From NCBI GenBank assembly GCA_043763155.1, contig JAYULW010000050.1, positions 12,236 through 76,235 of the forward strand: 64,000 nucleotides of DNA, given 5' to 3'. A program made the translations under genes and the position numbers. The notes beneath the pieces were generated by a model, which searched no databases, had not been told where the DNA came from, and saw only the letters and a list, made by a program, of their open reading frames with translations. This document shows positions 38,353 to 47,870 of the stretch, in pieces. The stretch comes from Alphaproteobacteria bacterium (lineage in GTDB: Bacteria > Pseudomonadota > Alphaproteobacteria > Rickettsiales > SXRF01). How positions within the stretch are numbered: the stretch's first letter is position 1; each line of letters opens with the position of its first letter.

Positions 38353-38482
38353 TTCCTTAAACCTATGGATTTTTGGTTTTTTCCATGTAAGGATGACCCT
38401 CGAAATCACGCGCAAAGCCCCCGTGGCCGCCACTAATATACAATTCCGCTTCTAAAATCATTACGGCAAAGGAATAAATAAA

Positions 38483-38983
38483 ATGACCTCGATGATGATC
38501 AAGACCGACACGACATATAATCCTCTCGATGTTGCCGAGATGGTGATCATGGATCGTGACTGGGTGTTTGATCGCCCTGCCGACGGTGAACTAATCGCCG
38601 AAGTAAATGGCGCATGGTGCAACTACCGCATGTGGTTCAGCTGGACTGAAGACAATGGCGGCCTCGCACTCACCTGCGCCATGGACGGCAAATTTCCCAA
38701 GACCGCCCTGTTCCGTATTCATTCCCTGCTCGCAATGATCAACGAGAAGATCTGGCTCGGCCATTTCTCGGTCAACACCGAAGATGCCTCCGTCACCTTC
38801 CGCCACTCCATCCTGATCCGCGATGGCGTGGGCACCTCGCCTGAACATCTGCAGGACCTGCTCGACATCGCAATCCTCGAATGCGAACGCTTCTACCCCG
38901 CTTTCCAGTCGGTGGTATGGGGCGGCAAGTCGCCAGCAGAAGCCATCGAAATCGCTCTCTTCGAAACCATCGCCGAAGCGTAA
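38483..38983 (+). CDS. YbjN domain-containing protein
   Basis: The 166-aa pattern NPLDVAEMVI...WVFDR...ELIAEVNGAWCNYRMWFSW...LALTCAMD...SVTFRHSIL is typical of alphaproteobacterial YbjN-like proteins found next to proC. Confidence 0.75.
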   Translation: MTSMMIKTDTTYNPLDVAEMVIMDRDWVFDRPADGELIAEVNGAWCNYRMWFSWTEDNGGLALTCAMDGKFPKTALFRIHSLLAMINEKIWLGHFSVNTEDASVTFRHSILIRDGVGTSPEHLQDLLDIAILECERFYPAFQSVVWGGKSPAEAIEIALFETIAEA

Positions 38984-39077
38984 AAGAGCCAACAAGTCGC
39001 ACCACGCAAAAGGGTCCGGTGGAAACACCGGGCCCTTTATCGTTTTACTCCCCGGCAAAAAAAGCTATAGATATTTT

Positions 39078-39872
39078 ATGACACATACCCTTCTCCTCGT
39101 CGGTCACGGAAAAATGGGCGGCGTTCTTTTAGAGCGCCTGCGCAACACGGCAATTTTTTCCGCCATCCACGTCATCAGCCCCAACCACACGCAAAAAAAT
39201 AGCGGCATCGTATCGTGGCACCGCGACCTCGCCTCCGTACCCGCCGATTTTTCTCCCAGCGTCATCACCCTCGCCGTAAAACCCGCGCTGCTGGAAACCA
39301 TCCTCCCCCACTACGCTGGCCGCTTCGCAACTGCGCTTTACGTCTCCGTCGCCGCTGGCAAAACGCTTGCCTTCTACCAAAAATATCTCGGAGCCGCCCA
39401 CATAGTCCGCGCCATGCCCAACACCCCTTCCCTCGTGGGTGAAGGCATGACTGCGCTTTGCGCCGCAAACACCTTAAGCGCCGCCGCCCGCGCCACCGCC
39501 ACCAGCATGATGCAGGCCATCGGCGAAATCCTCTGGGTCGAAGACGAATCGCAAATGGACGCCGTCACCGCCCTTTCCGGCTGCGGCCCCGCTTATGTAT
39601 TTTTATTCATGGATGCCCTCATCAAAGCCGCTATCCACTCCGGCCTAACCGGACCCGATGCCAAAAAACTCGCCCTGCAAACCGTGAAGGGCAGCGTTGC
39701 CCTCGCCAGCACCAGCCCCAAAAGCCTCGAAGAACTCTGCGCCCAGGTCGCAAGCCCCGGCGGCGCCACCGAAGCCGCCCTCAAACAACTAAAAAATAAT
39801 GATGCCCTGCACAGCCTGATGCAAAAAGCCATAGACGCCGCCATCGCCCGCACCCGCGAAATGGCCCAATAA
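39078..39872 (+). CDS. proC: Pyrroline-5-carboxylate reductase
   Basis: LLLVGHGKMGG, RAMPNTPSLVGEGMTAL, SGCGPAYVFLFMDAL and SPGGATEAAL. Start at ATG 39078. Confidence 0.9.
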   Translation: MTHTLLLVGHGKMGGVLLERLRNTAIFSAIHVISPNHTQKNSGIVSWHRDLASVPADFSPSVITLAVKPALLETILPHYAGRFATALYVSVAAGKTLAFYQKYLGAAHIVRAMPNTPSLVGEGMTALCAANTLSAAARATATSMMQAIGEILWVEDESQMDAVTALSGCGPAYVFLFMDALIKAAIHSGLTGPDAKKLALQTVKGSVALASTSPKSLEELCAQVASPGGATEAALKQLKNNDALHSLMQKAIDAAIARTREMAQ

Positions 39873-39873
39873 A

Positions 39874-41283
39874 TTAAAACAGCCGCACCGTGTGCCCCGG
39901 CGGCATAATGCGCAGCGCATAGCTAGGGTTTTTCCGCCACACCTGCACCTCATACGCCCATGAAATGGGCCGCGCCGCCACCGACGAATAGCCGCGCCAC
40001 ACATTCACCCCCACCACCAGCATCACCGCAACAAGCACGCCATACAGTACCCGGTGCAAAACCACGCGGCTCTGCGCCGCGTTAAACACAAACACAAACC
40101 CCACCAGCATCGCCTGCGCCAAAAAATAACGGTGGTTGGTCGTGATCAGATACATCTTGCTGTTGCCCACCACCGCCGAGCAGAAAAAATTCCCCACGCT
40201 GATCGCCGCAATACTCAGCACCAGCCAAAGCGTCACCGGCGTTTGGCCTTCGCGTTTCTCACCCAGCGCAACCATTGTCCAGCCACCAAGCCCCATGCTT
40301 GCGCCCAGCACCAGTAACCAATGCGCAAAGCCGCCACGCATCACCGACTCAATAAAATAAATCCCCGTCGTATGAAATATCCGCCAATCCGAAAACGGAT
40401 ACACCAGCAAGCGCTCATACAACCACAAGAGCAGCACATCCAATTCGCCAATCCCCTGAAACCGCGAACCGCCCGTGTCATACATCAAACTGTCCACACC
40501 ATAGCTGCGCGAATACGCAAGCCCCGCCAGCTGCAGCAGTACGCCCGCTGACAAAATCCCCACCTGCACCAGCCGCTCGCGTTCGCGCCGCTGCAGGTAC
40601 GCAAACCCATAAACCGGAATCAACCATAGCGACACCGGCCCGCACAACACCGAAAACACCAGTGCGCGCCGCTGCCACATGCGCTCCGCTTCGCTCTTCG
40701 CATCCGACACCAGCACCAGCGCCACCGCCACCGCCATATAAAAATGCGCGTACGTAATCGAGAACCGGTCCTCCGCCGGTGGCACAAACGCCATCACCAC
40801 CAAAGCCAGCAGCTTACTGGCAAACCCCGGCAGCGGGCAGCCGGGCGCAAACAGCAACGCCGCAACCACCGCCCCCACCAGCGTGCCCCCAACCGTCATC
40901 GCATAAGGCGCTGCCTCCATCGGCAGAATCTTCTCCGCCACCGTCGTCACGAAGTTGATCCATAAATTGCAGTACCCTTGGTGCGGCGAAAGCAGCGACG
41001 GCCACCAATCGCTCACATACGCGAAGCGGTAATACACCGTCGCCTGCTCCATATATAAGTATGGCGTGCCAAACAAATGCGACCACGCCCGCCCCAGCGC
41101 CAGCCACAAAAACACTGCGCCCGCTGCTATATATACAGAGCGCGGCCGCGCGCAATCAACGCGCCGCCACAGGAAAACGCCCGCCGCGCGCAGCGGCGAA
41201 ACCACTTCAAGCCCCTGCAAAACCACCCGCCATAATCGCGTTAAAGCATTGACTTTCATAGGAATAATCGCAGTTTTGTGCAA
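39874..41283 (-). CDS. Hypothetical polytopic membrane protein (469 aa)
   Basis: At least 10 hydrophobic segments and no recognised catalytic motif. Converges on proC. Confidence 0.6.
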   Translation of the reverse strand: MHKTAIIPMKVNALTRLWRVVLQGLEVVSPLRAAGVFLWRRVDCARPRSVYIAAGAVFLWLALGRAWSHLFGTPYLYMEQATVYYRFAYVSDWWPSLLSPHQGYCNLWINFVTTVAEKILPMEAAPYAMTVGGTLVGAVVAALLFAPGCPLPGFASKLLALVVMAFVPPAEDRFSITYAHFYMAVAVALVLVSDAKSEAERMWQRRALVFSVLCGPVSLWLIPVYGFAYLQRRERERLVQVGILSAGVLLQLAGLAYSRSYGVDSLMYDTGGSRFQGIGELDVLLLWLYERLLVYPFSDWRIFHTTGIYFIESVMRGGFAHWLLVLGASMGLGGWTMVALGEKREGQTPVTLWLVLSIAAISVGNFFCSAVVGNSKMYLITTNHRYFLAQAMLVGFVFVFNAAQSRVVLHRVLYGVLVAVMLVVGVNVWRGYSSVAARPISWAYEVQVWRKNPSYALRIMPPGHTVRLF

Positions 41284-41297
41284 CGCAACATTTTTGC

Positions 41298-41326
41298 TTG
41301 ACTCCCTCTATGGAATTTGGCATTAT
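41298..41326 (+). promoter_or_regulatory. Candidate sigma70-type promoter of the phasin gene
   Basis: TTGACT-17 nt-CATTAT, about 70 nt upstream of ATG 41396. Pattern match only. Confidence 0.35.
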
Positions 41327-41395
41327 GTCGGCCAATGTCACGAGCCGCAACTGTTGTGCGCTGTGAGAATTGCAACTTTATAATGGAGAGACCCC

Positions 41396-41809
41396 ATGAA
41401 TTACAACAACGCATTTGCCGATATGTTCAAAAGCACCCTCGATTTCAACCAGCTGTTCTCGACCCAGCGCCGCAACATCGAAGCTCTTTCCGCTGCCAAC
41501 CAGGTAGTTGTTGAAGGCGTTCAGGCCGTTGCTCGCCGCCAGGCTGAAGTAATGCGCACCAGCGTTGAAGACACCCTGAAGGCATCCAAAGACCTGATGA
41601 CCAGCGGCACCCCCGAAACCAACCTCACCAAGCAGGCGGATTTCGCTAAGTCCCTGTTCGAAACCGCGCTGTCCAACCTGCGCGAAATCACCGAAATGGC
41701 TACCAAGTCCGGCTTCGAAGCATTCGACGTGCTGAACCGCCGCGCTGCTGAAACCCTGGAAGAAGTTTCCAAGGCAGCACCGACCGCCACCAAGAAGAAG
41801 TCTGCTTAA
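41396..41809 (+). CDS. Phasin family protein (PHA granule-associated)
   Basis: 137 aa with phasin-type pattern FNQLFSTQRRNIEALSAANQVVVEGVQAVARRQAEVMR. Confidence 0.85.
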   Translation: MNYNNAFADMFKSTLDFNQLFSTQRRNIEALSAANQVVVEGVQAVARRQAEVMRTSVEDTLKASKDLMTSGTPETNLTKQADFAKSLFETALSNLREITEMATKSGFEAFDVLNRRAAETLEEVSKAAPTATKKKSA

Positions 41810-41837
41810 TTAGCCGACACTTTACGGAAATAAAAAA

Positions 41838-41864
41838 CCCCGGCCTAACCGCCGGGGTTTTTTT
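41838..41864. terminator. Bidirectional Rho-independent terminator between phasin and uvrC
   Basis: A6-CCCCGGC-ctaacc-GCCGGGG-T7. Confidence 0.65.
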
Positions 41865-41875
41865 ATTCTCTACAA

Positions 41876-41924
41876 TCACCCCGGCGAAGGCCGGAGTCCA
41901 GACCCGGCCTGCGCCGGTATGACG
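41876..41924. repeat. Double-hairpin REP/MITE-like element
   Basis: TCACCCCGGCGAAGGCCGGAGTCCAGACCCGGCCTGCGCCGGTATGACG contains two CCGGC-N4-GCCGG hairpins. It abuts the uvrC stop. Only one copy in the window. Confidence 0.45.
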
Positions 41925-41927
41925 CAA

Positions 41928-43808
41928 TCATTCGCCGTGGAAGTGGTTGTAGATCAAAGCCGCCATCGTCTTACTAATACCCGCAACCTTCCCCAAATCC
42001 TCCACACTCGCCGCCGCCACCGAGCGCGCCGATCCGAAATGATGTAAGAGCGCGCGCTTGCGCCCCGGCCCAATTGAGCTAATCGCATCCAGCTCCGATG
42101 TCTGCATAGACTTGCTGCGCTTATTCCGGTGCGCCCCAATGGCAAAGCGGTGCGCCTCATCGCGCATGCGTTGCAGCGCGTGCAGCACCCGGTCATTCTC
42201 CGGCAGCTGGAACGGCGCCTTGCCCGGCATAAAGAACTGCTCGCGCCCCGCATTCCTGTCCGGCCCCTTGGCAATCGCCACATAAGGAATATCGGTAATC
42301 CCCAATTCCTCAAACACCTGCGTCGCAACCGACAACTGCCCTGCCCCGCCGTCAATCAGCACCAGGTCAGGAGTTTTTTCCTCTTCCGCCTTCTCCGGGT
42401 TGCCCTCACTGTCATTACTGCCGATAAGCTTCCCAAACCGGCGCGTAAACACTTCGCGCATCATGCCATAATCATCGCCGGGAATAGTATTCGGGTTCTT
42501 GATATTGAACTTGCGGTACTCGTTTTTAATAAAGCCCTCCGGCCCCGCAACAATCATGCCCCCCACCGCGTTCGTACCGCTGATGTGGCTATTGTCATAC
42601 ACCTCGATCCGCTTGGGAATTTCCTCCAGCCCGAACAATGCCTGAATCCCCTCCAGCACCACCCGCTGCGTCGCATTCATTGACATGTGCCGTGTCAACC
42701 CCTCGCGCGCATTGCGCACACACTGCTCGATCACCTCGCGCTTCTCACCGCGAATCGGATGCACCACCTCCACCTTATAATCGGTGTTCAGCCGCAAGGC
42801 TTCTTCCAGCAGCGTCGCCTCTTCCACCAATACGGAGGTAAGGATCAGCGGCGGCGGCGGTTGCACCTGATACACCTGCCCGATAAATGTCTGCATGATT
42901 TCGCTGTCGCTATGCTGGCTGGTCTGGGTGGGGAACCATGTTTTATTCCCGTAATTGCGCCCACCGCGATAACTGAAAAGCTGGATACTGCACTGCGCGC
43001 CTTCGCGCGCCAGCGCAATCACATCGGCGTCGCCCAGCTCCACATTAGAAACCCCGCCCGACTGCTGCACATGCGTCAGCGCCTTGATGCGGTCGCGCAA
43101 AATCCGCGCCTTCTCATACTGCATCTTGGCGCTAAGCTCCTGCATCTCCAGCACCAGCGCCTCTTGTATCTGGCGGCTTTTGCCGGAAAGAAACGCTTCG
43201 GCCTGCGCGCCCAGCGCCTTGTAATCTTCATCCGAAATTTTATTCACGCATGGCCCGGAGCAACGCTTGATCTGGTACAGCATGCAGGGCCGCGAACGGT
43301 TCTTGAAAAAATTATCCGAACAGGTGCGCAGTAAAAATGCTTTCTGCAAAAGCGTGATGGTTTCATTCACTGCGCCCGCAGAAACGAACGGCCCAAAATA
43401 TTTTCCCTTCGGCGTCTTCGCACCGCGATGTTTTCCCAACCGCGAGAACGCGTGATCGCCGCTGATAAAGATATAAGGAAAAGATTTGTCATCTTTTAAA
43501 AGAATATTGTAGCGCGGCGAAAATTTTTTGATTAGGTTTGCTTCCAACAACAACGCCTCGGCTTCCGATCGCGTTGTGATGATCTCCATACTCGCTGTTT
43601 GCGAAACCATGATTTGAATGCGCGTACTCGCTGCGCTGACATTCACATAACTGCCCACGCGGTTCTTTAAATTCTTCGCCTTCCCCACATATAAAACATT
43701 CCCGCTGACATCAATCATCCGGTACACCCCAGGGGTATGCGGAACATTGGCGAGAAAACGTTTGATAACGTTCCGCCCGTCGCTCAAAGATAATTGTGGT
43801 GTTTCCAT
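41928..43808 (-). CDS. uvrC: Excinuclease ABC subunit C
   Basis: GIY-YIG N-terminus (PGVYRMIDVSGNVLYVGKAKNLKNRV), UVR domain and C-terminal HhH. Confidence 0.95.
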   Translation of the reverse strand: METPQLSLSDGRNVIKRFLANVPHTPGVYRMIDVSGNVLYVGKAKNLKNRVGSYVNVSAASTRIQIMVSQTASMEIITTRSEAEALLLEANLIKKFSPRYNILLKDDKSFPYIFISGDHAFSRLGKHRGAKTPKGKYFGPFVSAGAVNETITLLQKAFLLRTCSDNFFKNRSRPCMLYQIKRCSGPCVNKISDEDYKALGAQAEAFLSGKSRQIQEALVLEMQELSAKMQYEKARILRDRIKALTHVQQSGGVSNVELGDADVIALAREGAQCSIQLFSYRGGRNYGNKTWFPTQTSQHSDSEIMQTFIGQVYQVQPPPPLILTSVLVEEATLLEEALRLNTDYKVEVVHPIRGEKREVIEQCVRNAREGLTRHMSMNATQRVVLEGIQALFGLEEIPKRIEVYDNSHISGTNAVGGMIVAGPEGFIKNEYRKFNIKNPNTIPGDDYGMMREVFTRRFGKLIGSNDSEGNPEKAEEEKTPDLVLIDGGAGQLSVATQVFEELGITDIPYVAIAKGPDRNAGREQFFMPGKAPFQLPENDRVLHALQRMRDEAHRFAIGAHRNKRSKSMQTSELDAISSIGPGRKRALLHHFGSARSVAAASVEDLGKVAGISKTMAALIYNHFHGE

Positions 43809-44291
43809 AGGTTCCTAAGGGGTCGCTTTCGGGCATTAATCATTTAAAAAAGTAATCCACGAAACCTGTGGATAACTTTGTTGGCAACTATATAAATTTT
43901 GCATAAACGAACAAGGAATGCTTGGGTTTCATGTGATTGCCTAATATTTAGGCAGTTAGTTAAGGCATTGTTCTATAGGTATAATAATTAATTTGTTAAT
44001 GGCCCATCTGCAGGGTTTAGTTAATCCTTAACTGTTCAGATTTAGCTTGCCATCATCTGTGTACAATAACCTAGAAGAATTCCACACAGCATAGCCAACT
44101 AGGCAATAATTTCCTACTGAAATTGCGTAATGCCGCCCCTGCAAAACCCCCGCCGCACCCCCTCCGCCCATGTGCAGAAAATTCATGGCAAAAGTTGCAA
44201 TAAAAAAAATAATGCCGCAACTGCATTAATTCAAGTTGCCAACATTTTTCATTACCAATTTTCGCGCACCCTCACTACACTGCACCACCTT

Positions 44292-46007
44292 ATGACTGAG
44301 CATGTTCAGCTTTTCCAGATCGCCATCTTCCTCTGCGCCGCCGTGCTCATCGTGGCCTCGTGCCGCGTGCTGCGTTTAAGCCCGGTTATCGGGTATCTGG
44401 CGGCGGGCGCCGCCATCGGCCCCTTCGGCCTTGGCCTGGTGCATGACGTGGAAACCACAGCAGGCATCGCCGAATTCGGCGTGGTCTTCCTGCTATTTGT
44501 TATTGGCCTTGAGCTTTCTTTCAGCCGCCTGCGCAGCATGCGCAAACATGTGTTCGGCTTCGGCGGCCTGCAAGTAATCATCACCACCGCCGTCTTTGCC
44601 GCCATCATCGTCGGCTCCGGCGGCAACGCCGCCATTGCCCTCATCATCGGCGGCGGCCTCGCGCTGTCTTCCACCGCCATCGTGCTGCAGGTCATCAACG
44701 AACAGGGCGAAAAATCCTCGCAGGTAGGCAGGCTTTCCCTCGCAGTCCTCATCCTGCAAGACCTCGCCGTTATCCCGCTATTAGTAATGGTCTCCCTGCT
44801 CGACGCCAAAGGCGCGTCGCTCTCCACCGTCGTCATTGATGCGCTGTTCAAAGCCACCCTTGCCATCACCATCATCTTCATCGCGGGCACCTACCTCCTT
44901 CGCCCGCTCTTCCGCTTCATCGCCTCGCTCGAAAACACCGAACTCTTCACCGCCACCACCTTATTAGTAGTATTGGGCGTAGCCTCCATCACCAGCCTCG
45001 CAGGGCTTTCGCCTGCGCTTGGCGCATTCATGGCCGGCCTGCTGGTCGCCGAAACCGAATTCAAACCCCAGGTCGAATCCGACGTGCTGCCGTTCAAAGG
45101 CCTTCTCCTCGGCCTCTTCTTCATGATGGTCGGCATGTCGCTGAATATTGACATGCTGTTCGAGCGCTTCGGCAGCATCGTGGGCCTCACCATTGCGCTC
45201 ATGGCCATCAAGTCCCTCATCATCATGGGCCTGTGCCGCGTGTTCCATTTCTCGCTCAGCACCGCCGTGCATGTGGGCCTGCTGCTTTCGCAAGGCGGTG
45301 AATTTTCCTTCGTGCTTTTCGGCCTCGCCGCAAGCCAGGGTGTGCTGGACGCCCCCAGCTCGCAAAGCCTGCTGGTTATCGTCACCGTCAGCATGACCAT
45401 CACTCCCCTGCTTGCGCAGGTCGGCCAGCGCATCGCAACCGCCCTTGAAAAATATTCCCTCTCCCGCCCCGAAACCATGATCGAGGAAACCCTCGACCTG
45501 CACCACCATGTCATCATCTGCGGCTATGGCCGCGTAGGCCACACGGTGGCGCAAATGTTAGAGACCGAAAACATGAGCTATGTCGCCATTGACACCGACT
45601 CCTTCCTCACCGCCCGCGAACGCAAGCGCGGAACACCCGTCTATTACGGCGACACCACCCGCGTACACGTGCTGAACGCACTCGGCATCCAGCGCGCCCG
45701 CGCCGTCATCGTCACGCACAACGACACCCGCGTGGCGCTGCAAACCATCCAGACCATCCGCGAGCTGAACCACGACCTGCCCATCATCGCCAGGGCCAAA
45801 AACATCGAGCAAATCCACAAATTAGAGGCCGCAGGGGCCAACAAAGCCGTGTCCGAGATGTTTGAAACCAGCCTGCAGATGGGCGCTGCCCTGCTCAAGT
45901 CCGTAGGCGTAAACGACTTTGAAATAACAAGAATCCTCGATGTTTTCCGCGCCGAGGACTACGCCATGACCAGGGCCTCCGAAAACGAAATGGCCCCCGC
46001 CACCTAA
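44292..46007 (+). CDS. CPA2-family monovalent cation:proton antiporter with C-terminal RCK/TrkA-N domain (KefB/KefC-like)
   Basis: SPVIGYLAAGAAIGPFGLG, GLELSF, and an RCK motif IICGYGRVG. Start taken at MTEHV (44292); the upstream 54 codons are AT-rich and non-homologous. Confidence 0.85.
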   Translation: MTEHVQLFQIAIFLCAAVLIVASCRVLRLSPVIGYLAAGAAIGPFGLGLVHDVETTAGIAEFGVVFLLFVIGLELSFSRLRSMRKHVFGFGGLQVIITTAVFAAIIVGSGGNAAIALIIGGGLALSSTAIVLQVINEQGEKSSQVGRLSLAVLILQDLAVIPLLVMVSLLDAKGASLSTVVIDALFKATLAITIIFIAGTYLLRPLFRFIASLENTELFTATTLLVVLGVASITSLAGLSPALGAFMAGLLVAETEFKPQVESDVLPFKGLLLGLFFMMVGMSLNIDMLFERFGSIVGLTIALMAIKSLIIMGLCRVFHFSLSTAVHVGLLLSQGGEFSFVLFGLAASQGVLDAPSSQSLLVIVTVSMTITPLLAQVGQRIATALEKYSLSRPETMIEETLDLHHHVIICGYGRVGHTVAQMLETENMSYVAIDTDSFLTARERKRGTPVYYGDTTRVHVLNALGIQRARAVIVTHNDTRVALQTIQTIRELNHDLPIIARAKNIEQIHKLEAAGANKAVSEMFETSLQMGAALLKSVGVNDFEITRILDVFRAEDYAMTRASENEMAPAT

Positions 46008-46170
46008 AACAAGTTTACAACCCCACCCACCCTTGCTAGATTCGCCGCCTCATTTGAAAAAATGGCGGAACACCCCGCATAATGGTGCCGAATTCATGTG
46101 GTTCTCTCCCGGAGCAGCACATGAAGGAAAGCCTATGCGCAAAAATTTGCCGTAATATGAAAGAGCAACG

Positions 46171-47103
46171 ATGAAATTACTGGCCTGCAACAGCAATATC
46201 CCCCTCGCCGAATCCATGGCGAAATATCTTGGCATCACACTCACCAATGCCAGCGTGCGCCGCTTTGCCGACCAGGAAGTCTTTGTCGAAATCAACGAGA
46301 ACGTGCGCGGCGAAGACGTATTCATCCTGCAATCCACCTCCTATCCCGCCAACGACCATATCATGGAGCTGCTGGTGTGCATGGACGCGCTGCGCCGCGC
46401 CTCCGCCAAGCGCATCACCGCCGTCATCCCGTATTTCGGCTACGCCCGCCAAGACCGCAAAATGGGCAGCCGCACCCCCATCACCTCCAAGCTGGTGGCA
46501 AACATCATCACCGAAGCAGGCGCAAACCGCGTCCTCACCATTGACCTGCATGCAGGCCAGATTCAGGGCTTCTTCGACATCCCCGTAGACCATCTCTACG
46601 CCGCCCCCGTCATGATCGAAGACATCAAAGCCCACCACAACACCGAAAACCTCATCATCGTATCGCCCGACGTTGGCGGCGTGGTGCGCGCCCGCGCGCT
46701 GGCAAACCGCCTGAAGGTCAACCTCGCCATCGTAGACAAGCGCCGCGAAAAGCCCGGCGCCAGCGAAGTCATGAACATCATCGGCGAAGTCGAAGGCCGC
46801 GATTGCATCCTGCTCGACGACATCGTGGATTCCGCAGGCACGCTCTGCAACGCTGCCAAAGCCCTGATGGACGCAGGCGCAAAATCCGTCGCCGCCTACG
46901 TAACGCATGGTGTGCTTTCCGGTGCCGCCATCGAGCGTGTAAAGAATTCTGTGCTTACCTCGCTGGTCATCACCGACACCATCATGACCACCGAAGAAGC
47001 AAAGAACACGAAAAATATCCGGGTTATCTCTGTTGCCTCCCTGCTGGCCGAAGCCATCAAGCGCATCACCAGCGAAACCTCGGTATCCAGCCTTTTTGAT
47101 TAA
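46171..47103 (+). CDS. prs: Ribose-phosphate pyrophosphokinase
   Basis: [24 protein letters not shown] and the PRPP loop [12 protein letters not shown]. Confidence 0.95.
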   Translation: MKLLACNSNIPLAESMAKYLGITLTNASVRRFADQEVFVEINENVRGEDVFILQSTSYPANDHIMELLVCMDALRRASAKRITAVIPYFGYARQDRKMGSRTPITSKLVANIITEAGANRVLTIDLHAGQIQGFFDIPVDHLYAAPVMIEDIKAHHNTENLIIVSPDVGGVVRARALANRLKVNLAIVDKRREKPGASEVMNIIGEVEGRDCILLDDIVDSAGTLCNAAKALMDAGAKSVAAYVTHGVLSGAAIERVKNSVLTSLVITDTIMTTEEAKNTKNIRVISVASLLAEAIKRITSETSVSSLFD

Positions 47104-47132
47104 TTCTACTTTTACCACTTTTGGAGATTGTT

Positions 47133-47849
47133 ATGACTGAAGCTAAAAAAACCAAAGACCTGTCCACGCTGGTGGCATCCTCGCGTGACGCACACGGCAA
47201 AGGCTCCTCGCGCGCACTTCGCCGCGAAGGCAAAATCCCCGCCATCCTGTATGGCAAAGGCCAGCAGCCCATCAGCATCGCGCTGTACCTGAAAGAAGTG
47301 ACCATGGCTTACACCGCTGGCCGCTTCCGCAGCAAGCTGATCAGCATCAAGATTGACGAAAAGACCACCGTAAAGGCCCTGCCGAAAGACCTGCAGTTCA
47401 ACCCCGTCACCGACGTGATCGAACATGTGGATTTCATCAAGGTTGAAGCCGGCATCCAGCTTCGCGTTATGGTTCCGGTGAAGTTCTCCGGCCAGGACAA
47501 AGCCATGGGCCTGAAGCGCGGCGGCGTACTCAACATCGTGCGTCACGAAATCGAATTCTTCTGCGCACCCGATTCCATCCCCACCCATATCGAAATCAAC
47601 ATTCAGGCTCTCGATATCGGTGCTTCCATACACATCAAGGACATCGAGCTGCCAAAGGGCGTAACCCCGTCCATCAAGCGCAACTTCACCATCGCGACCA
47701 TCGCTGGCCGCCGTAAGGAAGAAGAAGAAGCCAAGCCTGCTGAAGGCGCAGCCGCTGCTGCTCCTGCTGCTGCAAAAGCTGGCGCTGCCGCTCCTGCTGC
47801 CGCTGCCGCTAAGGCTCCTGCCGCTAAGGCTCCTGCCGCTAAGAAGTAA
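47133..47849 (+). CDS. rplY: 50S ribosomal protein L25/general stress protein Ctc, with Ala/Lys-rich tail
   Basis: GKGSSRALRREGKIPAILYG. ATG 47133 with GGAG upstream. The C-terminal tail is AAKAPAAKAPAAKK. Confidence 0.9.
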   Translation: MTEAKKTKDLSTLVASSRDAHGKGSSRALRREGKIPAILYGKGQQPISIALYLKEVTMAYTAGRFRSKLISIKIDEKTTVKALPKDLQFNPVTDVIEHVDFIKVEAGIQLRVMVPVKFSGQDKAMGLKRGGVLNIVRHEIEFFCAPDSIPTHIEINIQALDIGASIHIKDIELPKGVTPSIKRNFTIATIAGRRKEEEEAKPAEGAAAAAPAAAKAGAAAPAAAAAKAPAAKAPAAKK

Positions 47850-47870
47850 GCTAAAGGCCAGGAAAAGCTA

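Noticed and set aside
43809-44291. Chromosomal replication origin
   Set aside because: Only one perfect and one 7/9 DnaA box are present. There is no cluster of boxes and no neighbouring hemE, dnaA or parAB. GC skew cannot be assessed from one window. Reported only as an unusual regulatory gap.
44130-44291. Upstream extensions of tracked ORFs (Kef-like 44130, murE 6704, ppx 33904, proC 38823, ubiK 37641, djlA-like 24818, bolA 19020, rpsD 11087)
   Set aside because: The extensions are non-homologous. Most are AT-rich or Pro/Arg-rich, or overlap neighbouring genes. Internal ATG/GTG starts coincide with the beginning of family-typical sequence and with Shine-Dalgarno-like motifs.
47755-47849. 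Tandem 15-nt repeat (GCTAAGGCTCCTGCC x2) and Ala/Lys low-complexity tail in L25/Ctc
   Set aside because: Ala/Lys/Pro-rich C-terminal tails are, as far as I recall, common in alphaproteobacterial L25/Ctc proteins. It is an in-frame, ordinary low-complexity expansion.
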